Source: a virus (taxonomy: Duplodnaviria; Heunggongvirae; Uroviricota; Caudoviricetes). Taken from it: DNA of 52,177 bases. This document shows, piece by piece, positions 37,939 to 49,425 of this stretch (positions within the stretch are counted from its first letter, which is position 1; each line of letters opens with the position of its first letter). The position numbers and the translations under genes were made by a program. The notes under the pieces were generated by a model that saw nothing but the letters and a program-made list of their open reading frames with translations, searched no databases and was not told where the DNA came from. The DNA is taken from the IMG/VR virus record IMGVR_UViG_2563366958_000018. The stretch is one strand, 5' to 3'.

Positions 37939-39059
37939 CGTTGCCGCGTGGTGGTTTGCCAGATATTACTTTCGCAGATTCTAACCCGACTGATATAACA
38001 ACTCGTTCAATCAGGGCTTTTGAGAGTATAACAGGTGAAACATTAGCACCTGCTGATCCACGTAGATTATTCATCTTATCATTGTGTGAGATTATTATAC
38101 AGCAAAGAAAAGCTATCGATTTTTCTGCAAAACAAAACCTTCTTACATATGGTGAAGGTGAATATCTCGACCATATAGGCTATCTGACGGATACGCCTAG
38201 GCTGGAAGCTCAATCTGCCTTGACTACATTTGAGTTTAATCTGTCAACAAAATTATCGGGGATATATACAATACCTGCTGGCACTCAAGTTTCAACTGGA
38301 AATGGTGTTATTTTCCAAACAGATATTTTGTTGGAAATACCTGCTGGGAAAACAGTTGGTACAGTCTCAGGATATGCTGTTATACCTGGTTTATCTGGGA
38401 ATGGCTTTTTACCAGGGCAAATAAATGAGTTGGTGACTCCGTTGCCGTATGTTTCCAGAGTAAGGAATGTAACAACATCTAATTCTGGTGCTGATACGGA
38501 GTCAGATGATAATTATGCTGAAAGAATAAAACTGTCGCCGGAAAAACTGTCTACAGCAGGGCCGGAGGATTCTTATAAATATTGGACAAGAACAGCCAAT
38601 CAGAATATAAAAGATGTGAATGTATATACACCATCGCCCGGAATTGTAGAAATCCGTTCTTTGTTAGAGAACGGAGATATACCTTCTGATGAACTATTAG
38701 AGCAGATAAATAGCGTTCTCTCTGCAACTAATATTCGACCATTCACAGATAAAGTTCTTGTTAAGAAACCAGAGAGCATTGAATACGATATAATAATTAA
38801 ATACTGGATTAACTCATCGGACAAAAACAGAACAACTTTAATTCAAAGTGAGGTTGAGAAAGCTATTGATGAGTATAAACAATGGCAACGTTCGGTTATG
38901 GGAAGAGATATAAATCCAGATGAAATTATTCAACGTTTAAAAAATGCTGGGGCTAAAAGATTAGAAATATCAAGTCCTGTTTTTAATGTGGTTGGAGAGA
39001 CACAGGTCGCCAGAGAGAGAAATATAAATTGCCAGTATGCGGGGTTAGAGGATGGCTGA
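37935..39059 (+). CDS. Baseplate J-like protein
   Basis: 374 aa following the gp25-like gene. Confidence 0.7.
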   Translation: MTLPRGGLPDITFADSNPTDITTRSIRAFESITGETLAPADPRRLFILSLCEIIIQQRKAIDFSAKQNLLTYGEGEYLDHIGYLTDTPRLEAQSALTTFEFNLSTKLSGIYTIPAGTQVSTGNGVIFQTDILLEIPAGKTVGTVSGYAVIPGLSGNGFLPGQINELVTPLPYVSRVRNVTTSNSGADTESDDNYAERIKLSPEKLSTAGPEDSYKYWTRTANQNIKDVNVYTPSPGIVEIRSLLENGDIPSDELLEQINSVLSATNIRPFTDKVLVKKPESIEYDIIIKYWINSSDKNRTTLIQSEVEKAIDEYKQWQRSVMGRDINPDEIIQRLKNAGAKRLEISSPVFNVVGETQVARERNINCQYAGLEDG

Positions 39060-39633
39060 TATCTTTAATGTTAGCTTGTTGGATGTTTTACCTCCTAACT
39101 TAGCTAGCGATCCCAACGTGATAGCTATGTCGAAAGCTATTGATGATGAACTACAAGCAATTAACAATTTAATATATAAGACAGAAATATATAGCGTTGT
39201 TGATAACCTGGACTCAGTTGTTCTCGATCATTTAGCTTGGCAATGGAATGCTGATACATGGAGGGATAGTTGGCCTGTATCGTTAAAGCGTTCTGTTTTT
39301 AAATCAATAATACGAACAAAGCGAATAAAGGGTACAAGGGCAGCGGTTGAAGATGTAGTAAATAGCTTGGGTGGAGAGGTAAACATAACAGAATGGTTTG
39401 AAACATCACCACCTGGCGAACCATATACAGCCTCAATTGTTGCTTCGATTAACTCTTTTGATGGTGCTGTTCCTTCGAAAGAGATGTTGGAGGATACGTT
39501 AAGAAGTATCAAGAGTGCAAAGTCGGCAAGAACACTATTTACATTTTCGCAAGCAACCAATGTTTCAGGTGGTGTTGGTATTGTCGGTGCTTTCCAGCCT
39601 GTGTCTTATGTACGATTAATTGGTGAGTGCTAA
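39052..39633 (+). CDS. Tail protein I-like (baseplate)
   Basis: 193 aa between J-like gene and tail fibre gene. Confidence 0.6.
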   Translation: MADIFNVSLLDVLPPNLASDPNVIAMSKAIDDELQAINNLIYKTEIYSVVDNLDSVVLDHLAWQWNADTWRDSWPVSLKRSVFKSIIRTKRIKGTRAAVEDVVNSLGGEVNITEWFETSPPGEPYTASIVASINSFDGAVPSKEMLEDTLRSIKSAKSARTLFTFSQATNVSGGVGIVGAFQPVSYVRLIGEC

Positions 39634-39663
39634 TTTGCGATTTGTTAATCCAAGGAATTAAGC

Positions 39664-42510
39664 GTGAGTAAATTATTATTTACGATGACTGACGCCGGGC
39701 GTAAGGCGCTGGTTAATGCCAACAAGACTGGAACAAATAAAGTTGAGATCGTTTCTGTTGGTTTAGGTAGTAGATATTATGCCACATCAACCACACAAAC
39801 AAAAATAACAGATGAAATAAAGCGACTTACCACAATAGGAGGCAAAGTCGTTTCTCCTGATACCATTCATGTAACTGCGAAGGATGATAGTAAAGATGAG
39901 TATGTTGTCCATACAATAGGTTTGTATACAAATAAAGGAACATTGTTTGCTGTATACTCGCAAGAACAAGTAATAATAAATAAAGCATCTTCTACAATTG
40001 CTTTAATATCAAGTGATATAGCAATTAAAAATCTTGATACTAAAAACATTACATTTGGTGATGTTGAGTTTATTAACCCTCCCGCAACCGAAACTGTTGT
40101 TGGAGTAGCAAGATTTGCTAATGAACAAGAAATTGATGCAGGTACAGATGATTCCCTGGCTGTTTCAGCAAAGCGGCTTAAGCAAGCTATTGTAAAACAT
40201 GAGCAATCACGTAATCATCCTGATGCAACTTTAACATCAAAAGGCATTGTTCAACTCAGTAATGCCACCAATAGCACGTCTGAAAAGCTCGCAGCGACGC
40301 CTAAGGCTGTTAAGGCTGCATATGACCTGGCTAACGCTAAATACACCGCACAGGACGCTACCACGGCGCGAAAAGGGATTGTTCAGCTCAGTAGTGCCAC
40401 TAACAGTACGTCTGAAACGCAGGCGGCAACGCCAAAAGCGGTCAAGGCAGCAAATGACAACGCAAATTCACGTCTGGCGAAAAATCAGAACGGTGCAGAT
40501 ATCCAGGATAAATCAGCTTTTCTGGACAATGTTGGCGTTACCAGCCTGACGTTTATGAAAAACAATGGCGAAATGCCGCTTGATGCTGATCTGAATACGT
40601 TTGGTCCTGTTAAGGCTTATTCAGGTATCTGGTCTAAAGCAACATCCACCAACGCAACACTGGAGAAAAATTTCCCGGAAGATAATGCTGTCGGTGTGCT
40701 TGAGGTTTTTGCTGCCGGCAATTTTGCAGGTACGCAACGCTTTACCACGAGAGACGGCAATGTATACATGCGTAAACTCGCCAATAAGTGGAATGGCACT
40801 GATGGTCCGTGGGGCGTATGGCGTCACACTCAATCTGCTACCCGCCCTTTGAGTACGACTATAGACCTGAATACGCTTGGAGCCGCCGAGCATCTTGGTT
40901 TATGGCGTAACAGTAGCTCAGCTATAGCTTCATATGAACGCAATTATCCAGAGGAAGGCGGCTTTGCTCAGGGGATGCTTGAGATCCTCGAAGGCGGAAA
41001 TTATGGAAGAACGCAACGTTATACCACTCGCCGTGGAAATATGTATGTCCGCTGTCTTGCGGCAAGCTGGGATGCATCAAATCCGCAGTGGGAACCGTGG
41101 TTAAGAGTCGGTCATCAGTCAGAGAGTCGTTATTACGACGGTGATTTGAATGATGTAACCTCACCAGGTATTTACAGCGTTACAGGTAAAGCGACCAACG
41201 GTCCAATACTGGACGGAAACGGCGTGACAGTCCTCGGTATTCTGGAGGTGTTGAGGCGCTTTGATGGTGTTAATGTATGGCAGCGTTATACAACTGCCGG
41301 AACAGGTACAACCCTTAAAGGCCGCACCTTTGAGCGCGTCTTTACCGGCAGCTCATGGAGCGAATGGCGGGAAGTCTACACCTCGTATTCACTTCCCCTG
41401 AATCTGGGTATCGGCGGTGCTGTGGCAAAGCTCACCAGCCTGGACTGGCAGACCTACGATTTTGTGCCGGGCAGTCTGATAACCGTTCGGCTTGATAACA
41501 TGACCAATATTCCCGACGGTATGGACTGGGGCGTCATTGATGGCAACCTGATAAACATCTCAGTCGGTCCGAGTGATGATTCTGGTTCGGGACGCTCAAT
41601 GCATGTATGGCGCAGCACTGTAAGTAAAGCCAACTACCGCTTTTTTATGGTTCGCATTTCAGGAAATCCGGGAAGCCGCACGATCACGACAAGACGTGTG
41701 CCAATTATCGACGAAGCTCAGACATGGATGGCGAAACAGACATTCAGCGGTGGTCTTTCAGGCGAACTATCCGGCAATGCTGCTACAGCAACAAAGCTGA
41801 AAACGGCAAGGACAATTAACGGCGTAAAATTTGACGGCTCGGCAAATATTGAAGCGTTTCCGCCAGGTGTTCCGCTGCCGTGGCCATCAGATACGCCACC
41901 TGCAGGTTATGCAATCATGCTGGGGCAGACGTTTGATAAGGCAGCATATCCGAAACTGGCTATTGCCTATCCTTCTGGTGTTATTCCAGATATGCGCGGC
42001 TGGACAATCAAGGGCAAACCCGCCAGTGGTCGGGCCGTATTGTCTCAGGAACAGGATGGCATTAAATCGCACACCCACAGTGCCAGCGCATCCAATACGG
42101 ATTTGGGTACGAAAACCACATCGTCGTTTGATTACGGTACTAAATCAACGAATAACACAGGTGCACATACCCATAATGTATCTGGTACTGCAAATAGTGC
42201 TGGCGCACATACTCATACCGTTCCATTAAGGAGACCAAACAGTGGCGGTATGAATTTCGACTGGCTGGATGGTTCATCAAGTGGCACGGTGGTGGGGAAT
42301 GGAACTGTGCCTTCTTCTGGCGCACATACCCACTCAGTATCAGGTACCGCTACAAGTGCTGGGGCACATGCACACACTGTTGGTATTGGCGCTCATACGC
42401 ACTCTGTTGCGATTGGTTCACATGGACACACCATCACCGTTAACGCTGCTGGTAACGCGGAAAACACCGTTAAAAACATCGCATTTAATTATATTGTGAG
42501 GCTTGCATAA
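39664..42510 (+). CDS. Tail fibre protein (P2 gpH-like N-terminal domain, His-box C-terminal repeats)
   Basis: [30 protein letters not shown]...[29 protein letters not shown] block closely resembles P2 gpH as recalled; C-terminal GAHTHxVSGTA repeats. Confidence 0.85.
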   Translation: MSKLLFTMTDAGRKALVNANKTGTNKVEIVSVGLGSRYYATSTTQTKITDEIKRLTTIGGKVVSPDTIHVTAKDDSKDEYVVHTIGLYTNKGTLFAVYSQEQVIINKASSTIALISSDIAIKNLDTKNITFGDVEFINPPATETVVGVARFANEQEIDAGTDDSLAVSAKRLKQAIVKHEQSRNHPDATLTSKGIVQLSNATNSTSEKLAATPKAVKAAYDLANAKYTAQDATTARKGIVQLSSATNSTSETQAATPKAVKAANDNANSRLAKNQNGADIQDKSAFLDNVGVTSLTFMKNNGEMPLDADLNTFGPVKAYSGIWSKATSTNATLEKNFPEDNAVGVLEVFAAGNFAGTQRFTTRDGNVYMRKLANKWNGTDGPWGVWRHTQSATRPLSTTIDLNTLGAAEHLGLWRNSSSAIASYERNYPEEGGFAQGMLEILEGGNYGRTQRYTTRRGNMYVRCLAASWDASNPQWEPWLRVGHQSESRYYDGDLNDVTSPGIYSVTGKATNGPILDGNGVTVLGILEVLRRFDGVNVWQRYTTAGTGTTLKGRTFERVFTGSSWSEWREVYTSYSLPLNLGIGGAVAKLTSLDWQTYDFVPGSLITVRLDNMTNIPDGMDWGVIDGNLINISVGPSDDSGSGRSMHVWRSTVSKANYRFFMVRISGNPGSRTITTRRVPIIDEAQTWMAKQTFSGGLSGELSGNAATATKLKTARTINGVKFDGSANIEAFPPGVPLPWPSDTPPAGYAIMLGQTFDKAAYPKLAIAYPSGVIPDMRGWTIKGKPASGRAVLSQEQDGIKSHTHSASASNTDLGTKTTSSFDYGTKSTNNTGAHTHNVSGTANSAGAHTHTVPLRRPNSGGMNFDWLDGSSSGTVVGNGTVPSSGAHTHSVSGTATSAGAHAHTVGIGAHTHSVAIGSHGHTITVNAAGNAENTVKNIAFNYIVRLA

Positions 42511-43127
42511 TGGCATTCAGAATGAGTGAACAATCACGTACCGTAAAAATTTATAACCTGCTGGCCGGAACTAATGAGTTTATTGGTGAAGGTGACGCAT
42601 ATATTCCACCTCATACAGGGCTGCCAGCTAATTCTACAGATATCGCCCCACCGGAAATTCCTGCTGGCTTTGTGGCAGTTTTTAACAGTGAAAATGAATC
42701 GTGGAATATTGTTGAAGACCATCGTGGTAAAACGGTCTATGACGTGGCGTCGGGGGACGCATTGTTTATTTCTGAACTCGGACCGCTACCAGAGAATGTC
42801 ACCTGGTTGTCGCCAGCAGGGGAGTATCAGAAGTGGGACGGCGTATCCTGGGTGAATGATGAGGAAGCAGAAAAACTGTTTCGGATACGGGAAGCGGAAG
42901 AGAAAAAGGCAAGGTTGATCCAGGAAGCAACAGATAACATCGCAATTCTGCAGGATGCAGTTAATCTTGAAATAGCAACAAACGAGGAAAATTCACAACT
43001 GGATTCCTGGAGAAAATACAGAGTATTAGTGAGTAGAATTGACACCAGTACAGCTCCGGATATCGTATGGCCAGAGCTGATGAATCAGGGTTATGTTCGG
43101 GAGGACGAGCAGATAACTTCAGACTGA
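42510..43127 (+). CDS. Tail fibre assembly protein (Tfa/gpG-like)
   Basis: 205 aa ORF coupled to the fibre gene stop (ATAATG). Confidence 0.7.
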   Translation: MAFRMSEQSRTVKIYNLLAGTNEFIGEGDAYIPPHTGLPANSTDIAPPEIPAGFVAVFNSENESWNIVEDHRGKTVYDVASGDALFISELGPLPENVTWLSPAGEYQKWDGVSWVNDEEAEKLFRIREAEEKKARLIQEATDNIAILQDAVNLEIATNEENSQLDSWRKYRVLVSRIDTSTAPDIVWPELMNQGYVREDEQITSD

Positions 43128-43446
43128 AATTTAGTGATGAATGTTGAATCATCAGGAATATCATGCAATACCAATGCATGAGCACCTATTGTGACATTGT
43201 TTCCTATACGCACTTTGCCACCAAGAATGGTGGCATTACAACCAATGGTCACATTATGCCCTATAACAATATCCATATCATTAAATTCCCCGCGAAGTCC
43301 AATAGTTACTCCGGGCTTAATTGAACAATTTTCACCGATTGTTACTTTGTGACCGATAACAACACTGTTGAGATAAGAAATATCAAAGCCTTTCCCTATA
43401 TTTACAGTTAAAGGGACTGTTACATTATATTTATCAAGAATGAAAC
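43091..43446 (-). pseudogene. 3' portion of a hexapeptide-repeat (LbH) acetyltransferase gene interrupted by the Tn3 remnant
   Basis: Frame encodes repeated [LIV]-G-x-x-x-x hexapeptides (VIGHKVTIGENCSI, IVIGHNVTIGCNATILGGKVRIGNNVTIGAHALV); reading frame joins in-frame with 45016-45222 when the insertion and one TTCTA copy are removed. Confidence 0.6.
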
Positions 43447-43451
43447 GTTCT

Positions 43452-43489
43452 AGGGGTCTGACGCTCAGTGGAACGAAAACTCACGTTAA
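43452..43489. repeat. Tn3 38-bp terminal inverted repeat (bla-proximal end)
   Basis: GGGGTCTGACGCTCAGTGGAACGAAAACTCACGTTAAG. Confidence 0.9.
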
Positions 43490-43599
43490 GGGATTTTGGT
43501 CATGAGATTATCAAAAAGGATCTTCACCTAGATCCTTTTAAATTAAAAATGAAGTTTTAAATCAATCTAAAGTATATATGAGTAAACTTGGTCTGACAG

Positions 43600-44472
<873 letters not shown>

Positions 44473-44642
44473 TCAATATTATTGAAGCATTTATCAGGGT
44501 TATTGTCTCATGAGCGGATACATATTTGAATGTATTTAGAAAAATAAACAAATAGGGGTTCCGCGCACATTTCCCCGAAAAGTGCCACCTGACGTCTAAG
44601 AAACCATTATTATCATGACATTAACCTATAAAAATAGGCGTA

Positions 44643-45222
<580 letters not shown>

Positions 45223-45637
45223 AAGATAATCATGTGACCAATTATTGTAATAATTTTAATGGTATGTTTCTACTGGCTATCCAGCGTGTCTGATATCCAG
45301 TAACAAATCGTCAACACGGGTGCAATCAAATAGTGAGTGTTAAGACTGACCACTTATTACCAGGTATGAGTGGCCAGCATTAAATCAGAACAGCCCTTTA
45401 ACTGAACTGGCCGCGCTGTTAAGGGATGATGTCACCTTATCTTTGAAGCCGGACAGCATATTGCTGAACGATGAGTTTACCGCAGGTTTCTGGCTGGGAA
45501 TCATTGACTGGAGTTAGGCCAGTAGTATGATGCTCGCAAAACGAGATCCAATTTAGATCCTTTTACTGGTGGATTATCGTTCGATCAGTGAGAGACTTCG
45601 TGCATGACCGAAAGTGTTGTGGTAGAGTTCTCTTAAA

Positions 45638-45652
45638 ACCACGTAACGTGGT
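45638..45652. promoter_or_regulatory. CI-type operator palindrome (ACCAC-GTAAC-GTGGT) in the repA promoter region
   Basis: Perfect match to the ACCAC-N5-GTGGT consensus (extended AACCAC/GTGGTT), about 40 bp upstream of the repA leader, overlapping a TATGAT -10 candidate. Confidence 0.4.
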
Positions 45653-45688
45653 TATGATTGTGGGTGTCTGGTTGGAAAGTGACCAGAT

Positions 45689-46669
45689 ATGGAAACAAAA
45701 AGCCCGCAGATAAATCTGCGGGCTTCTTGCGACATCCACGGAAAACCAACAACAACAATCCATGGGCGCCTCGACAACTCCCATTATACGTTGGTTTTCC
45801 GTGGACGCAAGAGCGAACATATGGATAGACCAATGCCGTCTCTACGTTCAGCTTACGTTTGTAATTTGTCGCCGGAGTTCCAGCCTCCAAAGCACCATAC
45901 GCACAAGCTGCCGCTGGTGTTATCTGATGCTTTACAGCGCATTAATGGGCGTGATCTTACGTGTGAGGTTGCGTTCTACGTTAATCAACCGTCAGAGCGG
46001 AAGCGCCGGATAAACGAGCATCGTCGTCGGGCGATTAATGCTGTGATCGCTGCGATTTTGCACCATGTAAACATCATTTCTAAGCGGGTTCTGGCTAGTG
46101 CTGAGGCGTTGGCTGATTTTTGCGGCCTGTCTACCGTATCCGAAGCTGGGAACAAGTCTATAACGCGCTGTACAAGGGCGTTGTCGCAACTGAAAGCGTT
46201 AGGTTTTATTGATTATGAACGTCGCTGGGATCGGGTGAATAAACAGTATTGGCCAGCGAAAATAGAGATTCGTGATCAACTGCTGGAAACCGTTGGTATT
46301 ACTGAACAAGCATGGAGACGTGCGGTTAGCCAGAAACTTAATTACTTCAATGCGAAGAATAGCGAACGGCTTAAAAAAGCGATAACGGAGGCTGATTATA
46401 AGCGTATTGTTATTCAGGAGCAGATGGAGAATGTATGGCGTCAGAGGAAGACGGCCAGAGAGATAAAGGCAAAACAGAAAGCAGCGGAGAGAGCTGCGCG
46501 TCTTGTTCGGGAAAAGGGAGAGGCCGAACTTCGTCATCAAATCACCAGAGAGGTTAGTCAGGAATTTGCTGATGGCATGTATCCTGGTGCTGACCTTGCA
46601 TATTTACGATCCCTCGTTGAGCAGCGTTATAACAGGTTAAGAAAGACCTGGAAATCACTCCAACATTAA
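45689..46669 (+). CDS. repA: Plasmid replication initiator RepA (IncFII RepA1 / I-complex RepZ family)
   Basis: Conserved RRRAINAVIAAILHH and CGLSTVSEAGNKSITRCTRALSQLKALGFIDY blocks align with IncFII RepA1 as recalled; likely true start at ATG 45821 (282 aa), with 45689-45820 being leader. Confidence 0.85.
   Translation: METKSPQINLRASCDIHGKPTTTIHGRLDNSHYTLVFRGRKSEHMDRPMPSLRSAYVCNLSPEFQPPKHHTHKLPLVLSDALQRINGRDLTCEVAFYVNQPSERKRRINEHRRRAINAVIAAILHHVNIISKRVLASAEALADFCGLSTVSEAGNKSITRCTRALSQLKALGFIDYERRWDRVNKQYWPAKIEIRDQLLETVGITEQAWRRAVSQKLNYFNAKNSERLKKAITEADYKRIVIQEQMENVWRQRKTAREIKAKQKAAERAARLVREKGEAELRHQITREVSQEFADGMYPGADLAYLRSLVEQRYNRLRKTWKSLQH
45699..45810 (+). promoter_or_regulatory. repA leader with two strong hairpins (candidate antisense-RNA target / translational control region)
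   Basis: AGCCCGCAG-ATAAAT-CTGCGGGCT (45701-45723) and CCACGGAAAACCAAC...GTTGGTTTTCCGTGG (15-bp stem, 45736-45804). Confidence 0.35.
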
Positions 46670-47300
46670 CCCACCTGAATGATGAATCCGGTTTTACCGG
46701 AGGATTATCTACGTCGCAATAAAATATCTGTTCAAAAAACAATCTAAATTAATTTTCTCTAAACCTGAACACAGCAAAAATATCGCCTTTACAGGCATCG
46801 GCTAATAAAGTTATCCACAGTTCTGATATGTATATGCAAATGGTTTTTTATAATAGATGCACTAAACAAATAAATGCAAAATCACTTTCTTTTATTAAGA
46901 CTTTCTTTATTTAACTTACGCAGGCTTTGCCTGTGAATATGTTCGCCCTTGCAGCGAGCTAAAGCTCGCGCCGGTTCGAGTCGCTACGCTCAAATATACC
47001 TCCTCCGGCACTTGCCGGAGGCATGGAGCAGCCTGATCATCCTTTTCGAAACGGCACGTTTCGAACTATACAAAATCAATTTATATAAGGCCGAAATAAG
47101 GCCTACGGCCGGGCTTTGCAGGAGGAAGGGGCGAGCCTTATCAATAAACGTCGATAAATACGCACACAGTAGCCATCAGAACGCGATAAAATGTAAGAAA
47201 CATCATTTCCTATTAGACATAGAAAACTTGTCTTATACGCAATGTAGTAAATTTCTATTGCCACATAGGAAAAGATTTCCTACCATCGTAGATATAATAA
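46670..47300. other. Probable replication origin region downstream of repA (AT-rich, DnaA box)
   Basis: TTATCCACA at 46811-46819; AT-rich tracts and GC-rich hairpins (for example CGAAACGGCACGTTTCG). Confidence 0.4.
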
Positions 47301-47312
47301 ATGGAGATGGTT

Positions 47313-47600
47313 ATGGATAAAGATACTGTTTTAAAAATGTTGAATCCGGCTTGTTTAAAAAAAGCGGATGAATGGGAATCTCCTACATGTGGAGAAGTTC
47401 GGGCAGTCATTGGCCTGACCGGAATGAGCGGCTCGCAGTTAGCCAAAAAACTAGGCTTAAAAGATAGTCGCAATGTTCGCAACTGGCAGATGTTAAAGGA
47501 GTCCACATCCAGATCCAGCATTCCGTATGCAGCCTGGGCGCTGCTGTGTTACTTCGCTGGGTTAGGGTTAATCTTCATTGATAACAAAACAGATGTTTGA
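47313..47600 (+). CDS. Hypothetical HTH-like protein (95 aa)
   Basis: GGAG RBS; segment GEVRAVIGLTGMSGSQLAKKLGL resembles an HTH. Confidence 0.4.
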   Translation: MDKDTVLKMLNPACLKKADEWESPTCGEVRAVIGLTGMSGSQLAKKLGLKDSRNVRNWQMLKESTSRSSIPYAAWALLCYFAGLGLIFIDNKTDV

Positions 47601-47623
47601 AACATGCAAATATGAGGTTTGTT

Positions 47624-47887
47624 ATGGAACTTGTACGCAAAACACGCAAAGAGTTCTTGGACCTGTATCGCATGGGAGCTTTCACTTGTGTTGTGGCTAC
47701 CCAGGACGAAGTGACAAAAAGCTGGCGGCTTTTTGCTCTCAATAAAAAAGGGATTGCCGTTTTCATTGAAAAAGCCCGTGGTGGTATCCGCGAATGGGCG
47801 GGATTGAATTATGTGGCTGATTTTTGCGCAGCTATGGGGATTCGTCGCTGGGAAGTCCATATGCCAGGAGTAAAGTCACAAAAATAG
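47624..47887 (+). CDS. Hypothetical protein (87 aa)
   Basis: GAGG RBS 6 nt upstream. Confidence 0.4.
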   Translation: MELVRKTRKEFLDLYRMGAFTCVVATQDEVTKSWRLFALNKKGIAVFIEKARGGIREWAGLNYVADFCAAMGIRRWEVHMPGVKSQK

Positions 47888-48131
47888 GGCTTTCGCGTCG
47901 AAAATGAGGCGAAACTGAAAACGAGATTTCATTAACAAATAAGCAACATAAAAAACGGTGGAAAACGCCCAGGAAAACATGATCTTTTGAGCGGATTTTT
48001 TAGATCCGACAATGAACGGTGATCCGGTGGTGCCGATAACGTCCATTATGTTAAATAGCCCCGTTTTTCTTGAAATTATAACTCACAGGTTATATAGTTA
48101 GTGATATAAACTACAGGTTATAGGATTGAGC

Positions 48132-48479
48132 ATGTGGACGGTACTTTTTAGCCAGCGATTTGACGACTGGCTAAATGAGCAAGAAGACGCTCTTCAGGAA
48201 AAGGTTTTGGCTGATTTGAAAAAGCTACAGGTTTACGGACCTGAGTTACCCAGGCCATATGCCGATACCGTAAAAGGTTCTCGGTACAAAAATATGAAAG
48301 AGCTTCGCGTTCAGTTTTCTGGCCGTCCGATAAGAGCCTTTTATGCGTTCGATCCGATTCGCCGGGCCATCGTTCTTTGTGCAGGAGACAAAAGTAACGA
48401 TAAGCGGTTTTATGAAAAACTGGTGCGTATAGCTGAGGATGAGTTTGCAGCACATCTGAACACACTGGAGAGCAAGTAA
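48132..48479 (+). CDS. RelE/ParE-superfamily toxin (HigB / Gp49-like)
   Basis: 115 aa, toxin-first gene order, TAATG coupling to a downstream HTH antitoxin. Confidence 0.6.
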   Translation: MWTVLFSQRFDDWLNEQEDALQEKVLADLKKLQVYGPELPRPYADTVKGSRYKNMKELRVQFSGRPIRAFYAFDPIRRAIVLCAGDKSNDKRFYEKLVRIAEDEFAAHLNTLESK

Positions 48480-48778
48480 TGAGAACATTAGATGAGGCGA
48501 TTGCCAGCCGTTCACCTGAAAGCCAGGCGCGAATTAAAGAAATGGCAGATGAGATGATTCTTGAGGTCGGCTTGCAGATGATGCGTGAAGAACTCCAGTT
48601 ATCACAAAAACAGGTTGCTGAGGCGATGGGTATAAGCCAGCCAGCAGTAACAAAGCTGGAGCAGCGCGGAAATGATTTAAAGCTGGCGACATTAAAGCGT
48701 TACGTTGAAGCTATGGGAGGCAAATTAAGCCTGGATGTTGAGCTTCCCACAGGAAAACGAATAGCGTTTAACATCTGA
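48479..48778 (+). CDS. HigA-like XRE-family HTH antitoxin
   Basis: HTH (LQLSQKQVAEAMGISQPAVTKLE) in C-terminal half; coupled to upstream toxin. Confidence 0.6.
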   Translation: MRTLDEAIASRSPESQARIKEMADEMILEVGLQMMREELQLSQKQVAEAMGISQPAVTKLEQRGNDLKLATLKRYVEAMGGKLSLDVELPTGKRIAFNI

Positions 48779-48793
48779 TCAGAACGAATGATA

Positions 48794-48820
48794 AGCCCCT
48801 GTTGCAAAGGGGCTTTTTTG
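48794..48820 (+). terminator. Rho-independent terminator
   Basis: AGCCCCT-GTTGCAA-AGGGGCT then TTTTTT. Confidence 0.45.
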
Positions 48821-48827
48821 CGCTCAT

Positions 48828-48941
48828 AGAATTATATAATTATAGATTTATATAAAAAGTGCTTTACAGGTGGGAAAAAATTTCCTAAGGTTATACCCGA
48901 AACCGAGCGATACCCGCCCTGGTTAAACCGGAGATAACCCG
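48828..48941 (+). promoter_or_regulatory. Conserved promoter/operator/leader cassette, copy 3
   Basis: Identical to copies 1 and 2 except a T-to-A change (TAAGG vs TATGG) and a divergent last 10 nt. Confidence 0.5.
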
Positions 48942-49322
48942 ATGAGCATGATTAAAATCCGCAAAAACGCTTTCCTTAAAATTCAAACTATCCTGGCTGG
49001 TTCTGTTGGCGTGATTTGCCGTTCTTCTTCAAGCCGCATCGATGACGGCTACGATGATGAGTATCGTTTGTCCTCGTGCGATGAGGCTTTAACCTGGCTG
49101 AAGGAGAATCAGGAACGTGCCCAGGTATATCTGGAAACAGAGAACGGCAATCAGATGCTCCGTATTAGCGGTCGTTATGGATTTGAAACCACATTCATGG
49201 CCTATTTTAATCAGGCTTACTTTGACAAGGAGTTGGCCTGGTACACTGATCGCATGAGCAAAAGCGAGCCAGCCCCGATTACACCGCCGAACGATAAACC
49301 ATTTTTATTCCTCGTTAAGTAA
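48942..49322 (+). CDS. Hypothetical protein (126 aa)
   Basis: First ORF after cassette copy 3. Confidence 0.45.
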   Translation: MSMIKIRKNAFLKIQTILAGSVGVICRSSSSRIDDGYDDEYRLSSCDEALTWLKENQERAQVYLETENGNQMLRISGRYGFETTFMAYFNQAYFDKELAWYTDRMSKSEPAPITPPNDKPFLFLVK

Positions 49323-49425
49323 ACACAATGCGCAAAGTGTCAAAATGACACTTTGCGAGTGTTAATATAGGGGGCGTTTGAAGATAGATAACTTATTGTG
49401 GGGCAAGCCGATAACTTACATTGGG

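Noticed and set aside
45762-46013. 83-codon alternative-frame ORF overlapping the repA start as a leader peptide candidate
   Set aside because: It does not terminate near the RepA start as tap/repY-type leader peptides do, running 190 bp into repA; likely spurious.
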